From Acidobacteriota bacterium (lineage in GTDB: Bacteria; Acidobacteriota; Vicinamibacteria; Vicinamibacterales; UBA2999): a stretch of 46,982 bases of DNA. The stretch's first letter is position 1, and each line of letters begins with the position of its first letter. The DNA lies in contig JBKPRH010000070.1 of the NCBI GenBank assembly GCA_046765795.1, positions 1 to 46,982 on the forward strand, written 5' to 3'. A program made the position numbers and the translations under genes. Below the pieces are notes generated by a model that saw nothing but the letters and a program-made list of their open reading frames with translations, was not told the origin of the DNA and did not search any database. Shown in pieces: positions 17,418 to 26,074 of the stretch.

Positions 17418-19358
17418 TCAGGGCAGGCGGAGGATCACGTCGGTGCCGTCGCGAAAAATCTCCATGGCGCCGAGCTGTGTGAGTGCGGCTGTGGTGCGCG
17501 GCCCACGGTCGTCGAGCCACGCCGCCTCGTGCACGATCACGTGCGAGACGCGCCCGCTGCGAAGCGCGTCCCATGCGGTCATCGCGTGCGAGGGCACATC
17601 CGACAACGAGAGCGTCAGCAATCCGTAGTGCGGCGGAAAGAATCCGCTATACCCATTGAGAAGCCGCGCGTGATGAACGATGGAGTAATACATCGCGCGG
17701 ATGTCGTAGTCCGGCTGACCGAGCGGTAGCTCGGCGAGCACAACGCCTGATTCTTGCGCAAGGCGACGATACACGGCGGGTGCGCGCGCCGGTCTGTAGA
17801 CGCGCGCTTCGGGTGTCGCGTAATCGCGAAGCGTGCCCATTCCGTTAATCGGGAATGGACGAACGAGACTCTCGGCAAAGAGCGCCGTCGTGACGATCAC
17901 CAACGCCGGTGTGGCCCATCGCCAGCGCGATAACGCTGCCGCGCCGTATCCACCCAGTACTGCCAACATGAGCACCGCGATCATGTTGAACCTTGCTGGC
18001 ACACGCAGGCCGTCGAAGCCAGGGACGTACTCATAGAGCAGCTGATATAGCCCTGTGAGATTCAGCGGTCGTCCGAGCGTCTGAGGTGTGAGGCCGAGCG
18101 AGAGCCACATCGCAACAAGCAGCGCGACCAGGTAGAAGCCTCGCGTCTGAATGAACGCGACAATGCGATAGCGGAAACCCGGCGAGACAGCAGCGGCGAG
18201 TGCCATAAGCACGAGCGCTCTCAACAGGAGTTGATCGACGTTGGTCACGCGCATCGTGAAGAGCCCGAGGTCGAGCACGAAGCGGCGATACAGCAACGCG
18301 GCGCCAGCAATGAACAGATGGATCGCCGCGACGGCGAGAACGATCCATGCGAGCCTGGTTACGGGAGCAGCCTTGAGGTCCGTGTCGCGACGCCACGTTG
18401 CGAGCCCGATAAGAGCAAGACCCACGGCGACGAGACCAGGAAACAAATCGCCTTCCGCTTTGGGAAAGACGCGCGCGATCGACCCCCACACGATCTGCTC
18501 GGACACGACGGTCGCGTACGAGTAAACATCTGCCGCGTACATCGACAGCTCGCCGCGGCTGCGCGCAATCTGCAATTGGTCTTGCACCAGCGCGTACGGC
18601 AGCAGAAACGGGACGGTCACCACGCCCACGATCGCGGCGGCCGTGACGAGTTGCATCCAGAGCCGTACGCGTGCCCACAGACGCCGACGCCAGATCTCCC
18701 AGACGACATAGGCGATCACAAATGGCGCGAAGAACATCAGGTAGTACGTGCAGGAGAGGTTCTGCGCGATGAGCGCTGCGGCCGCGCCAAGCAGTGGCCG
18801 CCAGCGTCCTCCGCGCGCGGCCAGCGCATCGATCGAATCGAAGAATCTGCGGAATCCGTACAGTGCGAACGGCATCCACTGCGATGACAGCACCTGCAGA
18901 TGTGAGCTCTGCGGAAACCGGTAGGGGGCGAACGCGAAGATCACGCCGGCGACAAACGCAGCGCGCGGGTTACCCGAGATCTCGCGGACAAAGAGATACG
19001 TGCCAAGGCCGGACAACACGAACGTTGAGAGATAGAGCAGGTTGTAGCAAAGGATCGGATTGCCAGTGAGTGCCCACACCGGCAGGATCTGGATCGCCTG
19101 CGCGATGAAGTGCTCCGAATAGGCCAGTGTCAGCGGCAGCGGGTGAAAGATGTTGGCGTCGAAGAACGTCGCGAATCGGGCGAAGTCGCCTCGCAGAATC
19201 GCCAGGAGCTGCTGGCAGTCCCACGCCAGCGCCCACATCACAAAGACAGGATCGCCAAGGTCCGCGGGTACGTCGCGACCGAGACCTCGGATGAGCGGCC
19301 AGCTCGTGACGATGGCCAGCGCCAGATAGGCGGCCGCCGCGTGCCACGCACGCCGCAT
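17418..19358 (-). CDS. Large polytopic membrane protein, GT-C/PMT-like glycosyltransferase fold suspected
   Basis: More than 10 hydrophobic segments are followed by a ~190 aa C-terminal soluble domain. The N-terminal loop with DLGDP...W and the general architecture resemble ArnT/PMT-like enzymes. No catalytic motif was confirmed. The ATG at 19358 overlaps the upstream TGA by 1 nt (TGATG). Confidence 0.4.
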   Translation of the reverse strand: MRRAWHAAAAYLALAIVTSWPLIRGLGRDVPADLGDPVFVMWALAWDCQQLLAILRGDFARFATFFDANIFHPLPLTLAYSEHFIAQAIQILPVWALTGNPILCYNLLYLSTFVLSGLGTYLFVREISGNPRAAFVAGVIFAFAPYRFPQSSHLQVLSSQWMPFALYGFRRFFDSIDALAARGGRWRPLLGAAAALIAQNLSCTYYLMFFAPFVIAYVVWEIWRRRLWARVRLWMQLVTAAAIVGVVTVPFLLPYALVQDQLQIARSRGELSMYAADVYSYATVVSEQIVWGSIARVFPKAEGDLFPGLVAVGLALIGLATWRRDTDLKAAPVTRLAWIVLAVAAIHLFIAGAALLYRRFVLDLGLFTMRVTNVDQLLLRALVLMALAAAVSPGFRYRIVAFIQTRGFYLVALLVAMWLSLGLTPQTLGRPLNLTGLYQLLYEYVPGFDGLRVPARFNMIAVLMLAVLGGYGAAALSRWRWATPALVIVTTALFAESLVRPFPINGMGTLRDYATPEARVYRPARAPAVYRRLAQESGVVLAELPLGQPDYDIRAMYYSIVHHARLLNGYSGFFPPHYGLLTLSLSDVPSHAMTAWDALRSGRVSHVIVHEAAWLDDRGPRTTAALTQLGAMEIFRDGTDVILRLP

Positions 19359-20404
19359 CAATCTGCCGTGGCCTCGACGAGGAGCTCCTGAAGGAGGACT
19401 TGAAGGATGGCTGCCGTCGGAACGGCGAGGATCGCGCCGACGAGCCCGAGCAGCGAACCGCCGATCAACAACGCGGTGATCACGAGCACCGGACTGATCC
19501 CCACCTGTCGCGACATGACCCTGGGGACGAGGACATGGTTCTCGACTTGTTGCTGCAGGAAGTAGAAGACCGCCACGCCAAGCGCAGTCGCCGGGCTGAC
19601 CGAGAACGCGACGAGCACCGCGGGGATCGCAGAGAGTAGTGGGCCGACGATCGGAATGAGCTCACCGATCCCGGCAATCAGCGCCAGCACATAAAAGTAC
19701 GGGACGCCCAGAATCCACAGACCGATCGCCGCAGTCGTGCCGATGATTGCGCCGAGCAACAGTTGACCGGCCAACCACGCACTCACTTTCTCACCAGCTC
19801 GCCGGAACGCGTCGCGCACACGCCCGCGCTCCTGTCGCGGGAACAGACGCACCATCATCCGGACCATGTTCTCGGCGTCAATGAGCAAATAGAAAGCGAC
19901 GATCAGGATCGTGACCACGCCGAAGATGCCACCGACGAATCCCCAAATCGCAGACAGGACGGTGCCAACGGCATCGGGACTGGCCGCCGGTGCGCCCTGG
20001 CGCACCGCCTCGCCGATGGTGATCTCTCGCCCGAGGACGCCCTGCCGAATCAACCACTGCTGTGCACGGCTCACGTACTCTGGAGCCGCGTTGAACAAGT
20101 CGCTGGCTTGAGCGGCAAGCGGTGGCACCATCAGCATGACGAAGAGGCCGACGACGACGAAGACGACGATGTAGACGGAGAGAATCGCCGCCCATCGCGG
20201 CAGCCGGATACGCGTGGTGAGTCGTTGTTGTTCGATGCGATCGACGAGGGGTGCGAGGCCGACCGCGATCAGGCCGGCGATGTAAATCAACAGCAGCGTG
20301 TCGCGAACGAGGTACAACAGATACACGAGCGCGACCGTCAGGGTCGCGCTGAACAGCGCGTATCGAATCAGCGCCCGAGGCGTGTCGCGTTGCCGACTAG
20401 TCAC
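19358..20404 (-). CDS. AI-2E family transporter (PerM/UPF0118)
   Basis: About 8 TM segments, with the characteristic N-terminus ...LLLIYIAGLIAVGLAPLVDRIE... and C-terminus ...GELIPIVGPLLSAIPAVLVA...LVPRVMSRQVGISPVLVI. The start is GTG. Confidence 0.8.
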   Translation of the reverse strand: MTSRQRDTPRALIRYALFSATLTVALVYLLYLVRDTLLLIYIAGLIAVGLAPLVDRIEQQRLTTRIRLPRWAAILSVYIVVFVVVGLFVMLMVPPLAAQASDLFNAAPEYVSRAQQWLIRQGVLGREITIGEAVRQGAPAASPDAVGTVLSAIWGFVGGIFGVVTILIVAFYLLIDAENMVRMMVRLFPRQERGRVRDAFRRAGEKVSAWLAGQLLLGAIIGTTAAIGLWILGVPYFYVLALIAGIGELIPIVGPLLSAIPAVLVAFSVSPATALGVAVFYFLQQQVENHVLVPRVMSRQVGISPVLVITALLIGGSLLGLVGAILAVPTAAILQVLLQELLVEATAD

Positions 20405-20419
20405 CGATGCCGTGTGCCG

Positions 20420-21646
20420 CTAGCCGCGAGCGAGATACTCGCGGGTGAAGGCGGAGATGTCCGCATAAATCTCCTCGAGATCGCGCGGGTTCGCCAGGAA
20501 GACGATGCGGAAGAACCCGTCGCTCGCCGGCACGCCGAATCCCGAACCATTCACACACAGAATCCCGGTCTCGCGCAGCAGCGACAGCACAAAGTGTTCG
20601 TCGGTGCGGCCCTCCGGGAGTGAGATCTGTGGCAGCGCGTAAAACGCCGCGCGCGGTGCGACACACCGCATCCCGGGAATCGCGTTCAAGCGTTCGGTGG
20701 TGATGCGCGCACGCTCGGCGAGCGCTGTGCGGAACGAGACCTGGTGTGAGCGATCACCGGTAAGTGCGGCGGCGACGGCGTACTGCATCGGACCCGGGCT
20801 GCACAATCGGCCGTCGGCGAGTTTCTTCATCGCGGCGACCGTGTCATCGAGTCGTGGCGTGCGGCCGGCGACGAGCCATCCCGCTCGCCATCCCGGCGCC
20901 AGATATGCCTTCGACAAGCTCGAGAAAGAAATGATCGGCGCATCGAGGTCGAAGGTCCCCATCAGCGGCAGTGGCCCGCTGTACGCGACATCTCCGTACA
21001 CTTCGTCGGCCAGAATCGTCAGATCGTGACGCTCCGCAAAATCGATCAAGGCGCGGCGAACAGGTGCCGGGTACACCGCCCCGGTCGGATTGTTTGGATC
21101 GATGACGACGAGCACGCGGGTCTTCGACGTGACGAGCGTCCGCAGATGATCAAGGTCTGGGAGCCAATCGTGCTCAGGATCGGTGCGGTAATACCGAGGT
21201 TGGGCGGAGATCTTCGCAAGCACCGCGGTGTAGAGCGGATAGGTCGGCGACGGTACCAGTACTTCCTCACCCTCATTCACAAGTGCGTTCAGCGCCAGTT
21301 CGATGCCTTCCGACGTACCGGTCGTGATTAAAACGCGGTCGGGTGACACCGCAATGCCCCGAGACGTGTAGTCGGCGGCAACCGCTTCGCGCGCCTGGGG
21401 GATACCCGCCGAGGGGACATAGCCGTTGTGGCCATCTCGCATGGCTTTTGCGACGGTTTCGACGAGATGCGCAGGAGTGTGAAACCCGAACGCGACCGGG
21501 TCACCGATGTTGAGATATCGGACCTTTTGCCCCCGCGCCTCGACGACCTTCGCCTCCGCGACGATGTTTCGGATGGCGTAGGAGAATCGGTTGACGCGCC
21601 CGGCCACCGGGACCGGCTTAGAGCTCTTCGTGGGCATATGGTTCAT
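20420..21646 (-). CDS. Class I/II PLP aminotransferase (AlaA/alanine aminotransferase-like)
   Basis: RFSYAIRNIVAEAKVVEARGQKVRYLNIGDPVAFGF...NGYVPSAGI...VIDPNNPTGAVY...FSSLSKAYLAPGWRAGW. The start is the ATG at 21646 or 21637. The upstream 32 codons of the track ORF were rejected. Confidence 0.8.
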   Translation of the reverse strand: MNHMPTKSSKPVPVAGRVNRFSYAIRNIVAEAKVVEARGQKVRYLNIGDPVAFGFHTPAHLVETVAKAMRDGHNGYVPSAGIPQAREAVAADYTSRGIAVSPDRVLITTGTSEGIELALNALVNEGEEVLVPSPTYPLYTAVLAKISAQPRYYRTDPEHDWLPDLDHLRTLVTSKTRVLVVIDPNNPTGAVYPAPVRRALIDFAERHDLTILADEVYGDVAYSGPLPLMGTFDLDAPIISFSSLSKAYLAPGWRAGWLVAGRTPRLDDTVAAMKKLADGRLCSPGPMQYAVAAALTGDRSHQVSFRTALAERARITTERLNAIPGMRCVAPRAAFYALPQISLPEGRTDEHFVLSLLRETGILCVNGSGFGVPASDGFFRIVFLANPRDLEEIYADISAFTREYLARG

Positions 21647-21673
21647 CTTAAGTTGGTTCGGCCGTACGGAAGC

Positions 21674-21712
21674 GGAGGTAATATTTACATGCAGGCGATA
21701 GGAATTACCTCC
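21674..21712. promoter_or_regulatory. Perfect 9-bp inverted repeat (GGAGGTAAT...ATTACCTCC) around an AT-rich 21-nt spacer, in a divergent intergenic region
   Basis: The arms are at 21674-21682 and 21704-21712. The repeat lies between the aminotransferase start (21646, -) and the VWFA gene start (21776, +). Confidence 0.3.
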
Positions 21713-21775
21713 CTGCCGGCAGACCCGATCCCCGTAAGTCATTCACTGGATTCGATCGCACCACTGGCAAGCCCT

Positions 21776-22771
21776 ATGAAATACCTCAGGTCCATGCGGC
21801 ACGTCGCGCTCCCCGGCGCTCTGGCCCTACTGCTCGCTGTTGCCCCGTTCAACGGGCAGGTAGCGTCTGGTCAGGTCGCCTCACCCGCACCGGCTCGCCA
21901 GGAACCATTGGCGACGTTCAAGTCCGGTGTCGAGGTCGTTACAGTCTCCGTGGCTGTGCGCGACACCGAAGGCAAAGTGATTCAGAACTTGACCAAAGCG
22001 GATTTCGAAGTCATCGACTCGGGCTTCAAGAGAGAGATCCGCGACTTCTTCGTCGGCGATAGTCCGGTCAGCCTGGCGATTCTGCTCGATATCAGCGGCA
22101 GCATGGCGGTGGGCGGGAATATGGATCGCGCTCGCGAGGCTGTCGCTGTTGCGACGATGAACTTGCGCAGCGAGAAGGACGAAGCGGCGCTGTTCACATT
22201 CGATTCCGAGCTGCGCGAAGTCGTCGGCTTCACGACTGACACGCGCACGATTCACAAGGTCAGCCTGCGCGGCAAGCCGTGGGGACAGACCTCGCTCTAT
22301 GACGCGGTCGGTCAGGCCGCACGCGCCGTCTCAGAGCGCGCGAACAAGCATCGGGCGCTGCTGGTGATCAGTGATGGCGTCGACACGGCCAGCAAGATGA
22401 CCGCGGCTGAGGTCTCGGGGATTGCAAGCTCAATCGATGTGCCGGTCTACCTCTTGCGGGTCGTCAACCCGCTGGATCATCCCGGGGGCGAGCTCGAGGT
22501 GATCGAAACCGACGGCCGCAAAGTTCAGGCGGCGAACCTCGCAGACCTGGCGCGATGGACGGGTGGTGACATTCGCGTCACCAGCGTTCCTGCGCATACA
22601 TCGGCGGCCATTCAGGATTTGTTCACCGAGCTGCGGCATCAGTACCTCATCACCTTCGAGCCGGGGCCCCGTCCGGGGTGGCACCCACTCGAGATTCGTA
22701 CCCGGAAGAAGAGCCTTGTTGTTCACGCGCGAGGGGGCTACATGGTTGGTCCCACGCGCAGCGGTAGTTAG
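21776..22771 (+). CDS. Secreted von Willebrand factor A (VWFA) domain protein
   Basis: Signal-like N-terminus MKYLRSMRHVALPGALALLLAVAP, MIDAS motif VSLAILLDISGSM, and later LLVISDGVDTAS. It resembles the VWFA-related family that is expanded in Acidobacteria; that comparison is from memory and was not searched. Confidence 0.75.
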   Translation: MKYLRSMRHVALPGALALLLAVAPFNGQVASGQVASPAPARQEPLATFKSGVEVVTVSVAVRDTEGKVIQNLTKADFEVIDSGFKREIRDFFVGDSPVSLAILLDISGSMAVGGNMDRAREAVAVATMNLRSEKDEAALFTFDSELREVVGFTTDTRTIHKVSLRGKPWGQTSLYDAVGQAARAVSERANKHRALLVISDGVDTASKMTAAEVSGIASSIDVPVYLLRVVNPLDHPGGELEVIETDGRKVQAANLADLARWTGGDIRVTSVPAHTSAAIQDLFTELRHQYLITFEPGPRPGWHPLEIRTRKKSLVVHARGGYMVGPTRSGS

Positions 22772-22801
22772 TGCGTTTGTTGTCACAGGAGAGAGACCAT
22801 C

Positions 22802-23488
22802 ATGCGGAATAGTCTGTTTGCGGCGGCGCTGCTCACTTTGTCAGTGGCCGTGGCGCCGGCCTGCGCCACCAAGAAGTACGTGCGAACCGAAGTCGGCAAC
22901 GTGAACTCGAAGGTTGACACGCTGGCCGGCACCGTCGAAGAGACGCAGGAGCGCACGCGCAAGAACGAAGAGCGTATCGGTCAGGTTGACCAGAAGGCCG
23001 AAGAGGCCGGCAAGTCGGCGACGGCCGCGCGTACGGCTGCGGACCAGGCCAATGCCGCGGCGCAGAAGGTTGACGGCCGCGTGACGACCGTGGACAACCG
23101 TGTCACCTCGGTTGAGGCCGCGGCTCGCAAGCTCATTTTCGAAGTGACCCTCAGCGAAGATCAGGGCAACTTCAAGTTCGGTAAGACCGATCTTCCTGAT
23201 GAAGCGAAGGCGCGTCTCGACCAGATGGTGCAGCAGCTGAAGAGCGACACCAAGAACATCTTCATCGAGATCGAAGGCCACACCGACAACGTCGGCTCAC
23301 CCACGATCAACGAGAAGATCGGTATGGAGCGCGCGGAAGCGGTGAAGCGGTATCTCTACGAGCAGCACCAGATTCCTCTTCACAAGATGAACGTGATCTC
23401 CTACGGCGAAGAGAAGCCCGTGGCGCCGAACAACAAGCGCGACGGCCGCGCCCAGAACCGCCGCGTCGTCGTGAAGGTCCTGTCGTAA
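22802..23488 (+). CDS. OmpA-family peptidoglycan-binding protein with an N-terminal Ala-rich coiled-coil
   Basis: RBS AGGAGAG upstream. Signal peptide with a Cys (LSVAVAPAC), then a coiled-coil (AEEAGKSATAARTAADQANAAAQKVDGRVTTVDNRVTSVEAAA). The OmpA_C motif is IEIEGHTDNVGS...NEKIGMERAEAVKRYL...GRAQNRRVVVKV. Confidence 0.85.
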   Translation: MRNSLFAAALLTLSVAVAPACATKKYVRTEVGNVNSKVDTLAGTVEETQERTRKNEERIGQVDQKAEEAGKSATAARTAADQANAAAQKVDGRVTTVDNRVTSVEAAARKLIFEVTLSEDQGNFKFGKTDLPDEAKARLDQMVQQLKSDTKNIFIEIEGHTDNVGSPTINEKIGMERAEAVKRYLYEQHQIPLHKMNVISYGEEKPVAPNNKRDGRAQNRRVVVKVLS

Positions 23489-23511
23489 ACAGACGCACGG
23501 TCGTTGATTGA

Positions 23512-23546
23512 GAGGGCGGGCCCGAACAGGCCCGCCCTCGTTTTTT
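23512..23546 (+). terminator. Rho-independent terminator downstream of the OmpA-family gene
   Basis: GAGGGCGGGCC-CGAACA-GGCCCGCCCTC is a perfect 11-bp GC stem followed by GTTTTTT. The T-tract overlaps the stop codon (23545-23547) of the convergent minus-strand gene. On the minus strand the hairpin is preceded by an A-run, not followed by a U-run. Confidence 0.8.
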
Positions 23547-24219
23547 ATCGCATCCTTCCGAAGTCCACTCCCGTCCGCACAATTTCCTTTCCGCCGTCAG
23601 TCATCACGATGTCGTAGCGTCCCTTCGCGTCGATCGCGTCGGCCGCAAACTGCACCACAAGCGTGCCGCCCAACATGGGCTGGCCGTTGCCGAGGATCGG
23701 CGCCGCGTTCGGGTTTGGAAGACCAGGCATGCCACCCGTTTCCGTTCGAGGGCCAAACCGCGGATAACGATTGGTGGATTGCGCAGCGATGGGTTTCTCC
23801 TGACCGCGGTTCAGCGTCATCACGTACGCCGGCACTCCGACGTAGTTGTTCAGTGGATGGAAGGTCAACTCGACGACCAGTTCGATGAGGTTCGGTGCCG
23901 CGCCGAGCGCTGCATTCGCCTCGCGCTGACCGAAGACACGGTCGCCTAAGCGAGCCTTCGCCTCGGCCGCGAGAGCCACGCGGTAGAACGGCGTGATCAC
24001 GTCAATCCAATCCACCGGCGGACGCGCAACAACGAGTCGATAGCCGCTGTGAAAACGGGCGCGTTCGGCATCAAACCGCGACTGCCCAAGGAAGATTGCT
24101 TGTTCGATCGCGCGACGGTCGAGGACAGGCTCGAAGCCGGAGAGGCAGATCGTTCCGGCCAGTACGCAACACACGACGGCCAGACGCCGAGTCGCGCCGA
24201 AGCCGTAAGGCGCAGTCAT
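23545..24219 (-). CDS. Hypothetical secreted protein, no recognisable domain
   Basis: The internal Met at 24219 gives a signal-like sequence (MTAPYGFGATRRLAVVCCVLAGTICLSG). The wobble-position GC bias is coding-like. No motif was recognised. Confidence 0.5.
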   Translation of the reverse strand: MTAPYGFGATRRLAVVCCVLAGTICLSGFEPVLDRRAIEQAIFLGQSRFDAERARFHSGYRLVVARPPVDWIDVITPFYRVALAAEAKARLGDRVFGQREANAALGAAPNLIELVVELTFHPLNNYVGVPAYVMTLNRGQEKPIAAQSTNRYPRFGPRTETGGMPGLPNPNAAPILGNGQPMLGGTLVVQFAADAIDAKGRYDIVMTDGGKEIVRTGVDFGRMR

Positions 24220-24458
24220 GTGGGTAATGGTAAACGGGGGAATCGATGAGGGTGGAAGACGTGTGCGCCGCGGCGGGGACGCGACGCACACGATCCGAGG
24301 CCTTCCAACTTGCGTCAGTTGACCACGAACTTCCTCGACCAGCAGGAACCGGACCAGGATCGGGGGCCCATGGAATCAACGAGTTACCTCGGATCTTGAT
24401 GGGCCTGGCTTACGGTTGGTGAAAACCGCTTTCGGTCGGCGGCGCTCCTTGTGATGTC

Positions 24459-24464
24459 TACTAT
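24459..24464 (+). promoter_or_regulatory. Candidate -10 box (TACTAT) 6 nt upstream of the SDR start codon; possible leaderless transcript
   Basis: TACTAT-tgcgcc-ATG(24471). No Shine-Dalgarno sequence lies between them, and no good -35 was seen. Confidence 0.25.
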
Positions 24465-24470
24465 TGCGCC

Positions 24471-25211
24471 ATGGAGCTGAACGGGCGCATCGCGCTAATC
24501 ACGGGCGGGAAGCGAATCGGATCGGTTGTGGCGACGGAACTGGCGCGAGCCGGAGCCGACATCGCCATGGTCTACAGGCAGTCGCGGGCGGAGGCTGAGG
24601 AAACGGCCGCGGCCGTACGCGGGCTTGGCCGACGAGCAACGGTTGTTCAAGGCGACCTGCGCGACCCTGAGGCATGCGAACGCGTCGTGGACGGAACCGT
24701 GGACGCCCTCGGCCGTCTCGACGTGCTCGTCAACATGGCATCGGTCTATCACTCGAAGTCGTTCGACGAGCTCACGGTCAAGGATTGGGACGCGTCACTC
24801 GAGATTGATCTCAGGGCGGCGTTCTTGTGCGCACGCGCAGCGGCTCCCCACATGAGGCGTTCGCGAGGCGGGCGGATCATCAACTTCGCGGACTGGACAC
24901 CGCGAAGTGGCCGGCCGCGGTACACGGGTCTTCTGCCGTACTACGTCGCGAAGGCGGGAGTCATCGCGCTTACCGAGGTGCTCGCCCTGGAACTGGCGCC
25001 CGATCAGATTCTGGTGAACGCGATCGCGCCCGGCCCGATTGTCGCGCCTGAAGGCGCGTCAGACGAGGAGTTCTCGGCTGTCGAGCGAGCCACACCGCTC
25101 GGCCATTGGGGCGGCGAAGGTGAGATTGCGAAAGTGGTGCTCGCGCTGATCGAGAGTGACTTCGTCACCGGCGAAACCATTCGTGTTGATGGAGGCCGCC
25201 ACCTGAAGTGA
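24471..25211 (+). CDS. Short-chain dehydrogenase/reductase (SDR) family oxidoreductase
   Basis: The Rossmann motif is ALITGGKRIGSVVA. Also NMAS...; the YxxxK equivalent PYYVAKAG; and NAIAPGPI. Confidence 0.85.
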   Translation: MELNGRIALITGGKRIGSVVATELARAGADIAMVYRQSRAEAEETAAAVRGLGRRATVVQGDLRDPEACERVVDGTVDALGRLDVLVNMASVYHSKSFDELTVKDWDASLEIDLRAAFLCARAAAPHMRRSRGGRIINFADWTPRSGRPRYTGLLPYYVAKAGVIALTEVLALELAPDQILVNAIAPGPIVAPEGASDEEFSAVERATPLGHWGGEGEIAKVVLALIESDFVTGETIRVDGGRHLK

Positions 25212-25236
25212 GCGTGGCGGCGGACATCGGAAGTAG

Positions 25237-26073
25237 CTACAGTCGCGAGGTGATGGCCGACAGCACACCTGAGGCATCGTGCATCGGCAGATTGCAGATG
25301 CAGATGTGACGCACACCTTCGGCGCGCAGCGCGCGAATCGTTCGAGCGCATACGTCGGCTGCCGTCGCGCCGGTCGCGAACTCGTCAATCAAACCCTGTA
25401 TTGGCACAGGCATGAACGAGCTGAGGATCTTCAAGGTCTTCGGACTCGCGCTGCGGTAATAGAACACGCAGAACATCCCTGGAATCGCCACGGGTCTGCG
25501 TTCGATCTCCGCAAGAAAACGTTTCACGGGATCGAGATCGACGTGGCTGACCACCTGCGTCAGATAGAACTCGGCGCAGAATCGCTCGTCGAGCAGGAAA
25601 TCCACCTGTTGTGTGGCCGCGGCGTGCGGGTTCGCCCAGCCGCCGAGAATCAAGTCCGGTTCTTTCTTGCGAATCTCCTGTCGCAAGTCCCAGGCATGCT
25701 CAACGCAACGAGGCCGGCCGACTGTCTTGTCGCCGCCGAGCACCACGAGCGATCGAAATCCGTGCTGACGCGCTTGCGTTGCGTAGGATAGACAGAAGTC
25801 GAGTGAGTGCTTGCTCGTGAGAAACGGCACCACCATGTCGCGCGGCAATTCGCGGCCGAGATTGGCAACGAGATGCCGGAGGTTGTTCTCCTCCTGTGTG
25901 CCAACCGCGCTGTCGGTGAGGAAGACTGATACCTGCTGACGACTGAGGCGCCGAATCGCGTGATAGGTGTCGATCCACGCGTCCATACCTTCGGACGCGT
26001 CGAGCTCAGCGCGTGGAGGTCTCAGCTCCGCGGTTAACACCGGCGTCTGTTCGCGGAGCCGATCGACGAGCAT
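25237..26073 (-). CDS. Methylenetetrahydrofolate reductase (MetF/MTHFR)-family protein, divergent
   Basis: Collinear by eye with E. coli MetF blocks: LTAELRPP ~ SFEFFPP, VSVFLTDSA ~ VSVTYGA, LVVLGGD ~ IVALRGD, YLTQVV ~ AITQFFF, IPGMF ~ IPGILP, HICICNL ~ FHFYTLN. The ATG at 26073 lies 1 nt after the upstream stop. Confidence 0.55.
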   Translation of the reverse strand: MLVDRLREQTPVLTAELRPPRAELDASEGMDAWIDTYHAIRRLSRQQVSVFLTDSAVGTQEENNLRHLVANLGRELPRDMVVPFLTSKHSLDFCLSYATQARQHGFRSLVVLGGDKTVGRPRCVEHAWDLRQEIRKKEPDLILGGWANPHAAATQQVDFLLDERFCAEFYLTQVVSHVDLDPVKRFLAEIERRPVAIPGMFCVFYYRSASPKTLKILSSFMPVPIQGLIDEFATGATAADVCARTIRALRAEGVRHICICNLPMHDASGVLSAITSRL

Positions 26074-26074
26074 G

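Noticed and set aside
16161-17729. A 522-aa ORF on the + strand spanning kbl and the kbl/GT-C spacer
   Set aside because: It is antisense to a gene with unmistakable Kbl homology. Its translation is Arg/Ala/Gly-rich with no motifs. This is a typical wobble-aligned shadow ORF in GC-rich DNA.
24220-24470. A 251-nt gap with two modest inverted repeats (GTGTGCG...CGCACAC at 24261-24291 and GGCCCAT...ATGGGCC at 24365-24405)
   Set aside because: The stems are 7 bp with long loops, which is unremarkable at this GC content, and I recognised no RNA family. An Rfam scan would settle it.
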